A DNA stretch of 61,271 nt from Chloroflexota bacterium (GTDB lineage: Bacteria > Chloroflexota > Limnocylindria > Limnocylindrales > CSP1-4), in the NCBI GenBank assembly GCA_039931975.1, contig JBDTQW010000003.1, positions 1 through 61,271 on the forward strand, read 5' to 3'. The translations under genes were made by a program, and so were the position numbers. Positions 56,193 to 61,271 of the stretch are shown one piece after another; positions within the stretch are counted from its first letter, which is position 1; each line of letters opens with the position of its first letter. Under the pieces are notes generated by a model that ran no database searches, was not told the origin of the DNA, and saw only the letters and a program-made list of their open reading frames with translations.

Positions 56193-56862
56193 CCCGGACG
56201 GTGAGCACGAAGACGGGGTTGGAGGGGTCGTCCTCGATCTTCTCGCGAAGATGGCTCACGTGGACGTTGATCGTCTTCTCGTCCTGGTCGAGCGCTTCGT
56301 AGTCGCGCAGGAGCTCCAGGAGCTCGCGACGTGAATACACCCGGCCGGGCCGGCTGGCCAGATGACGCAGGATCTCGAACTCTGTGGCGGTCAGGCCGAC
56401 CCGCCGATGCCCACGCTGGACGCGTCGTCGCTCCAGGTCGATGAGCAGGTCGCGATGGCGGATCACCCTTCCGCCGGCCGCGTCCGCGAGGTCGCCGTAC
56501 GCGCGGCGCAGGAGGGCCCGGATCCGGCTCATCAGCTCGCGCAGACCGAACGGCTTGGTCAGATAGTCGTCCGCTCCGAGCTCGAGGCCGATCACCTTGT
56601 CGACCTCATCGTCGCGGGCGGTCAGGACCAGGACCGGAGCCTTGGAGCCGGCGGCGCGCAGTCGGCGAAGCACCTCGAAGCCGTCGATCCCGGGCAGTCG
56701 GACGTCGAGGACCACCAGGTCGGGCGCCTGGCCCGTCCCGAACTCGAGGCCCTCCTCGCCGGAGCGAGCCACGACCACCTCGTAGCCCTCCTGCTGGAGG
56801 GCGAACTGGATGCCGCGGGCGACGGCGAATTCGTCCTCGACGATCAGGATGGTGGCGGCCAT
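56164..56862 (-). CDS. OmpR-family response regulator
   Basis: ILIVEDE, VLDVRLPG, GADDYLTKPF, wHTH ending TVRGAGY. Confidence 0.95.
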   Translation of the reverse strand: MAATILIVEDEFAVARGIQFALQQEGYEVVVARSGEEGLEFGTGQAPDLVVLDVRLPGIDGFEVLRRLRAAGSKAPVLVLTARDDEVDKVIGLELGADDYLTKPFGLRELMSRIRALLRRAYGDLADAAGGRVIRHRDLLIDLERRRVQRGHRRVGLTATEFEILRHLASRPGRVYSRRELLELLRDYEALDQDEKTINVHVSHLREKIEDDPSNPVFVLTVRGAGYAFAER

Positions 56863-56963
56863 GGCCGTGATGCTACCCTGAACCGCCCTGCGCGGCCCGA
56901 GAGGTCCGATGGCGGCCTGTGCTACCGTGCGCGATGCACCAACGGACGGAGGATCCCCGACTC

Positions 56964-57647
56964 ATGGCCACCGATCGGCCGACTCTGGCCGCCACCAAGC
57001 GAGATGTGCTGGGCAAGCGCGTCGCCAGACTGCGCAAGGCAGGCGTGCTGCCGGCGGTGGTCTACGGCCACGGCGTCCCCTCGCAACCGCTTTCGCTGGA
57101 TGGCCACGAGTTCGAGCTGCTCCACCGGAAGGTCGGTCAGAACGCCCTGGTCGACCTGTCGGTCGAGGGCACGAAGGCCACCCCCGTGCTGGTCCACGGG
57201 ATCCAGCGCGACCCGGTCTATCGTCGGATGCTCCACGTCGACCTGTTCGCGGTCCGCATGACCGAGGAGCTGACCGTCGAGGTGCCCCTGATCACGGTCG
57301 GCGAGTCGGTCGCGGTCGAGAAGCTCGGCGGGACGCTCCTGCACATGCTCGACAGCGTCCGGATCCGGGCGCTGCCGGACCACTTGCCGCAGTCGATCGA
57401 TCTGCCCATCGATTCGTTGGTCGACTTCGAGGCCACCGTCCGCGTCCGCGACCTGAAGATCCCGGCCGACGTCACCCTGCTCACCGACCTCGATGAGATC
57501 GTGGCCCGCGTCCAGCAGCCGCGGATCGAGGAGGAAGAGCCGGTCGTTGCCGAGGTCGAGGGCGAGGAGGGCGCCGAGGGCGAAGTCGCCGAGGGCGAGG
57601 GCGCCGAGGATGGCCAGCCATCGAGCGGGGACGCCGAGGAGAGCTAG
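56964..57647 (+). CDS. rplY: 50S ribosomal protein L25/Ctc
   Basis: LRKAGVLPAVVYG, IQRDPV, HVDLFAV, ALPDHLP, acidic tail; SD GGAGG. Confidence 0.95.
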   Translation: MATDRPTLAATKRDVLGKRVARLRKAGVLPAVVYGHGVPSQPLSLDGHEFELLHRKVGQNALVDLSVEGTKATPVLVHGIQRDPVYRRMLHVDLFAVRMTEELTVEVPLITVGESVAVEKLGGTLLHMLDSVRIRALPDHLPQSIDLPIDSLVDFEATVRVRDLKIPADVTLLTDLDEIVARVQQPRIEEEEPVVAEVEGEEGAEGEVAEGEGAEDGQPSSGDAEES

Positions 57648-57659
57648 TCCCGGAGGAGG

Positions 57660-58496
57660 TCAAGGTCGCCGGGCGACCACCTCGACCACGGGTGCCCGCC
57701 ATACGAACGCATCGGCTGGCAGGCGGGCGAGGCGAGCGGCTGCCCGCTCCCTGAGCCGCTGCCGAAGGTCCGCGTCGAGGTCGGCGAAGACGTCCTGCTC
57801 GGCGTAGTTCTCGAGGAACTCGAGGTACGTCGCCGGATCGTAGTGATGGACCAGCTGCGTCTCGTCCGCCCGGACATCGCGGAAACCCGCCCGGCGCAGC
57901 TGGGCCGCGGCGGCGGGCGCCGAGCGGAAGTCACCGCTGAGCGGCTCCTGGTCCTGACCCTCGGGATCGATGTCCAGGTCCTCGAGTGCCGCGTCGAACG
58001 CCTCATCCGGCTCGAATCGATCGCGCTCGTCGGCGACGAGCCAGGTGACCGAGGCGAACCAGCCGTTCGGGCAGAGTACCCGCCGGATCTCGCGCAGGCT
58101 GGCGGTCCGATCCGCTACCAGCTGGAGCATGAACGAGGCGACCACGAGATCGAACGACCCATCCGCAAAGGGCAGCCGAGCGGCATCACCGGCGACCAGC
58201 TCGAGCCGATCTCTCTGGTCGGCCGTCAGGGCGAGCGCGGCCTCGCGGCGGGCGATGCCGAGCATCCCGTTTGACGCGTCCAGGCCCACGACCCGGGCGG
58301 TCGGCCAGCGTCGCACGGCCGCCAGGGCGAGCACGCCAGTGCCCGTCCCGATGTCAAGGACTCGCCCCGGCGGATCGATGTCGGTCTGGAGGGCGAACCG
58401 TTCGATGAGGCGCGAGGCCGTCGGCGCGAGGACCGGTCCCCACCAGGTGCCGTAGCGGTCGGCCCAGACGTCGTAGCGCTCGGCGAGCGTTCCCAT
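57660..58496 (-). CDS. Class I SAM-dependent methyltransferase
   Basis: VLDIGTGTG, GLDASNGML, GDAARLPFADGSFD. Confidence 0.92.
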   Translation of the reverse strand: MGTLAERYDVWADRYGTWWGPVLAPTASRLIERFALQTDIDPPGRVLDIGTGTGVLALAAVRRWPTARVVGLDASNGMLGIARREAALALTADQRDRLELVAGDAARLPFADGSFDLVVASFMLQLVADRTASLREIRRVLCPNGWFASVTWLVADERDRFEPDEAFDAALEDLDIDPEGQDQEPLSGDFRSAPAAAAQLRRAGFRDVRADETQLVHHYDPATYLEFLENYAEQDVFADLDADLRQRLRERAAARLARLPADAFVWRAPVVEVVARRP

Positions 58497-58638
58497 CGAC
58501 CCGATCGTGCCACAGAGCGCGCCCACAGGTCCGACGGCTCGCTCGCCATCGGCCTGGAACCTGTCCCTCGTGCATGCCGGGGACGCGACTCGACGCGCTC
58601 CCGTCCCGTCAGCGGCTCGGCTCAGCTATCGTCGCGCC

Positions 58639-59736
58639 ATGCGCCTGCCGATCGAGCCGCCCCTCGAACCTATGCTGGCCAAACCGTCGAACGGCCTGCC
58701 CGACGGGGACGGCTGGCTGTTCGAGCCGAAGTGGGACGGCTTCCGGGCGATCGTGTTCCGGGACGGCGACGAGCTGCTGACCCAATCGCGGGACCTGAAG
58801 CCACTCGACCGATATTTCCCTGAGCTGGCGGCGCCACTCCTGGCCGCCCTGCCGGAGCGATGCGTCCTCGACGGCGAGGTGGTCATCGTCGGGAAGGACG
58901 GTGCCCTGGACTTCGATGCGCTGCTCCTGCGGATCCACCCCGCCGAGTCGCGGGTCCGGATGCTGGCCGCGGAATCACCGGCGAGCTTCGTCGCCTGGGA
59001 CCTGCTGGCGCTCGGCGATGACGACCTGCGGGCGATGCCCCAGCGCGAGCGTCGGGAGCAGCTCGAGTCGGTGCTCGGGGCGGCCGCCCCGCCGGTCCAT
59101 CTCACGCCGGCGACGCGCGACCGCGCCCTCGCCGCCGACTGGTTCGACCGGTTCGAGGGTGCCGGACTCGACGGCGTCATCGCCAAGCGTCTCGACGCCG
59201 CGTACCAGCCCGGCAAGCGGGCGATGCTCAAGGTCAAGCATCAGCGTACGGCGGACTGCGTTGTCGCCGGATTCCGCTGGCACAAGGACGGGCCGGGGAC
59301 GCTCATCGGCTCGCTCCTGCTGGGCCTGTACGACGACACCGGCATGCTCCACCACGTCGGGGTCACGTCGTCGTTCACGATGGCCCGGCGGGCGGAGCTC
59401 GTCGCTGAGCTGGCGCCACTGCGGGAGCGGGCCATGGACGGCCACCCCTGGGCGGAGTGGGCCCAGTGGGCCGAAGCGGCGGCGGCATCGGGCCAGCGTG
59501 TGCCCGGCGCGACCAGCCGCTGGAACCGCGGCCGCGACCTGTCCTGGGAGGCGCTCCGATCCGAGCGCGTCGTGGAGGTCGCCTACGACCACCTCCAGGG
59601 CGACCGCTTCCGGCACGGCACGACCTTCGTCCGGTGGCGGCCGGACAAGCGCCCCGAGGATTGCCGGTACGACCAGCTTGAGGAGACGCCGGCCTACGAG
59701 CTGTCGGCGATCTTCGGCCCCGACGAGCGTCGATGA
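58639..59736 (+). CDS. ligC: ATP-dependent DNA ligase, LigC type
   Basis: EPKWDGFR, LDGEVV, EGVIAK-like DGVIAK, KVKH, EVAYD, FRHG...WRPDK. Confidence 0.9.
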   Translation: MRLPIEPPLEPMLAKPSNGLPDGDGWLFEPKWDGFRAIVFRDGDELLTQSRDLKPLDRYFPELAAPLLAALPERCVLDGEVVIVGKDGALDFDALLLRIHPAESRVRMLAAESPASFVAWDLLALGDDDLRAMPQRERREQLESVLGAAAPPVHLTPATRDRALAADWFDRFEGAGLDGVIAKRLDAAYQPGKRAMLKVKHQRTADCVVAGFRWHKDGPGTLIGSLLLGLYDDTGMLHHVGVTSSFTMARRAELVAELAPLRERAMDGHPWAEWAQWAEAAAASGQRVPGATSRWNRGRDLSWEALRSERVVEVAYDHLQGDRFRHGTTFVRWRPDKRPEDCRYDQLEETPAYELSAIFGPDERR

Positions 59737-59762
59737 GCCCGGTCAAGCGTCGATGAGCCCGG
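59726..59762 (+). repeat. 17-nt direct repeat spanning the ligC stop codon
   Basis: agcgtcgatgagcccgg at 59726-59742 and 59746-59762. Confidence 0.85.
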
Positions 59763-59942
59763 CCGAGCCCGGCCGACGCCTCCGCGTGGCGTTCTTCGGG
59801 GCCGGCGTGGCCAGCGTGACCAACAAGCGGGACAGAGAGTGAGGCCTTCGTCGACGCGGTCGAGGCGGGCGATCCGGATGGAGTCCTCGTGACCTAACGC
59901 GATGCGCTCGCGACCGATCGGCTCACGCGGAGTGTGGTCGCA
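59753..59942 (+). pseudogene. Remnant of a Gfo/Idh/MocA-like oxidoreductase (N- and C-terminal fragments)
   Basis: MSPAEPGRRLRVAFFGAGVAS (Rossmann GxG start), then in another frame AFVDAVEAGDPDGVLVT*RDALATDRLTRSV with TAA at 59895-59897. Confidence 0.55.
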
Positions 59943-60007
59943 AATGGCCGGCGTCGCCAGCTGATGGGGCGCCAACGCCCCCTGGTCAGAACCGCCGGAC
60001 TCGTCGA

Positions 60008-60430
60008 TCACCCCGGATGATCCGACGGCTTGTCGACGTCTGTCTCGTCGAGCTGACGCTGCGGCCCATTGGCGAAGCGGTCCCAGTCGAGCTCTGAAAC
60101 GTGCTGCCACTCGCGCCAGTCGGCGATCTTGTCGTCGGCGCCGATCTCCACGATCACGGCGCCGTGATACCGCCGATGTCCTTCGTAGGTGTACTCGGCT
60201 GCTCCCGACTGGGCAGACTCGTCGAACAGGCGGCGATGCCAGGCGACCGACTGACCGGCCGGTGGCGGCTTGAAGAACGGGATCAGCTCCGAGCGGCTTC
60301 CGAATCGGTAGCGGGTCGGATCGCCGTATCGGACCTCGTCGGCAAACTCCGCGGCGACGGCCTCCGCATCTCCCCTCGTCCACCCGTCACCGAGGCGGTC
60401 CAACAACGCAAGGAACTCGGTTCGGGTCAC
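60008..60430 (-). CDS. NTF2/SnoaL-like family protein
   Basis: GDAEAVAAEFADEVRYGDP, AAEYTY, KIADWREWQ; GTGA overlap with the upstream gene. Confidence 0.85.
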   Translation of the reverse strand: MTRTEFLALLDRLGDGWTRGDAEAVAAEFADEVRYGDPTRYRFGSRSELIPFFKPPPAGQSVAWHRRLFDESAQSGAAEYTYEGHRRYHGAVIVEIGADDKIADWREWQHVSELDWDRFANGPQRQLDETDVDKPSDHPG

Positions 60431-61271
60431 GGCGAGTCGTGCGACTTGGTTCCATCGTCGGCTGAGGGCTCCGCCGCGTCCGAGGACGGCTTGGCGGACT
60501 TCGCCGCCTTCAATGCCTTCGAGGCCTCGATCCACGCCGCGCGATCGCCCTCCGGGTACTCGGTCATCGGGTCGTAGTCGGGATCGAGCGCCTCCTGGGG
60601 CGGCCGGTCGCCCTCGGCGACGTGGGTCAGGTTGACTCGGACCCGGGTCCACGTCGTCGAGCGACCACGCATCGAATCGACGAGGATATCGGCCGGCTCG
60701 AGCGCCACGGCCGCTTTGGGCCAGCGGTCCTTCCAGCGCTCGAGGCCGGCCAGGGCGTCGGCCTTCTTGGCCGCCCGCGAGATCTCGATCACCGGGATGG
60801 ATGACTGACGACGACCGGTGGGAGTGGGCCGAGTGCCGGACCAGCGTCGCTCCAGCGCCGCGCGCGACTTCTCGCGTTCCGCCTCGGCCTCCGGCGTGTC
60901 GTAGTCCGCGTCCGGTCGGCGCTGCTTCGAGGGCTGCACGCGCGGCGGCTCGCCGGGCTGCTTGCGATACGTTGGCGGCCAGGGTGCGTCGCCGAGCCCC
61001 TCCGCCTCGTCCCGGGCCGACAGCTCCAGGAGCGCCTCCAGTGACCCGACTGCCTGGTCGATGCCGGCCCCGGGATCGCCGCGCTCGGCATACAGTGCTG
61101 GAACGGTGGCGAGGGTGAACGCCTCCGCCTCCGCGGTCGGGACCTCGTCCCATGCGAGGGGCATGGAAACGCGCGCGTCGGGTGTCGGCCTGACCGAGTA
61201 GACCGAGGCGACCGTCCGGTCCTTGGCGTTCTGGTTGTAGTCGAGGAAGACCCCGTGGCGCTCTTCCTTCC
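60427..61271 (-). CDS. LigD-polymerase / Prim-Pol domain protein, C-terminal part only (5' end outside window)
   Basis: KEERHGVFLDYNQNAKDRTVASVYSVRP...VSMPLAWDEV and DAPWPP.Y.KQPGEPPRVQPSK, plus a long C-terminal extension. Confidence 0.9.
   Translation of the reverse strand, partial: KEERHGVFLDYNQNAKDRTVASVYSVRPTPDARVSMPLAWDEVPTAEAEAFTLATVPALYAERGDPGAGIDQAVGSLEALLELSARDEAEGLGDAPWPPTYRKQPGEPPRVQPSKQRRPDADYDTPEAEAEREKSRAALERRWSGTRPTPTGRRQSSIPVIEISRAAKKADALAGLERWKDRWPKAAVALEPADILVDSMRGRSTTWTRVRVNLTHVAEGDRPPQEALDPDYDPMTEYPEGDRAAWIEASKALKAAKSAKPSSDAAEPSADDGTKSHDSP

Overview
High-GC bacterial chromosomal window. Gene content and style suggest Chloroflexota, possibly Limnocylindria; this is inference. 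About 60 real CDS and one tRNA-Glu(TTC) are present, with no rRNA, CRISPR array, integrase or transposase. Core content: dnaB, lexA, rplI, dinB; fchA-folD-fhs; histidine utilisation (hutH, hutU, ftcD, hutI) with a divergent HisD homolog; argS, kbl-tdh, galU, a PASTA Ser/Thr kinase, folC-folP-folB, htrA with an OmpR-type two-component pair, rplY, ligC and a Prim-Pol/LigD-polymerase gene. Most long GC-rich ORFs in the supplied track are antisense or off-frame shadows. The best lead is at 1-4626 on the minus strand and is largely invisible in the ORF track. In transcription order: a 1168-aa STAND-ATPase/TPR/SARP-BTAD regulator; a sigma70-type promoter; a c-di-GMP-II riboswitch aptamer overlapping a terminator-like hairpin; a 10-codon micro-ORF with a perfect Shine-Dalgarno; a 29-aa signal-peptide-like peptide (MKDRFLRTVVALGAVLAAALAGAASLRGF); and a multi-pass membrane sensor that runs off the window. 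Together these form a candidate c-di-GMP-gated peptide signalling module. Other leads: a small gene under two LexA boxes right after dinB, a HisD homolog missing active-site residues, a GNAT-like protein with four NPF motifs, a candidate sRNA with C-rich anti-SD tracts, and widespread apparently leaderless genes. Many CDS starts were re-assigned by eye and all family calls come from motif recognition, not database searches.
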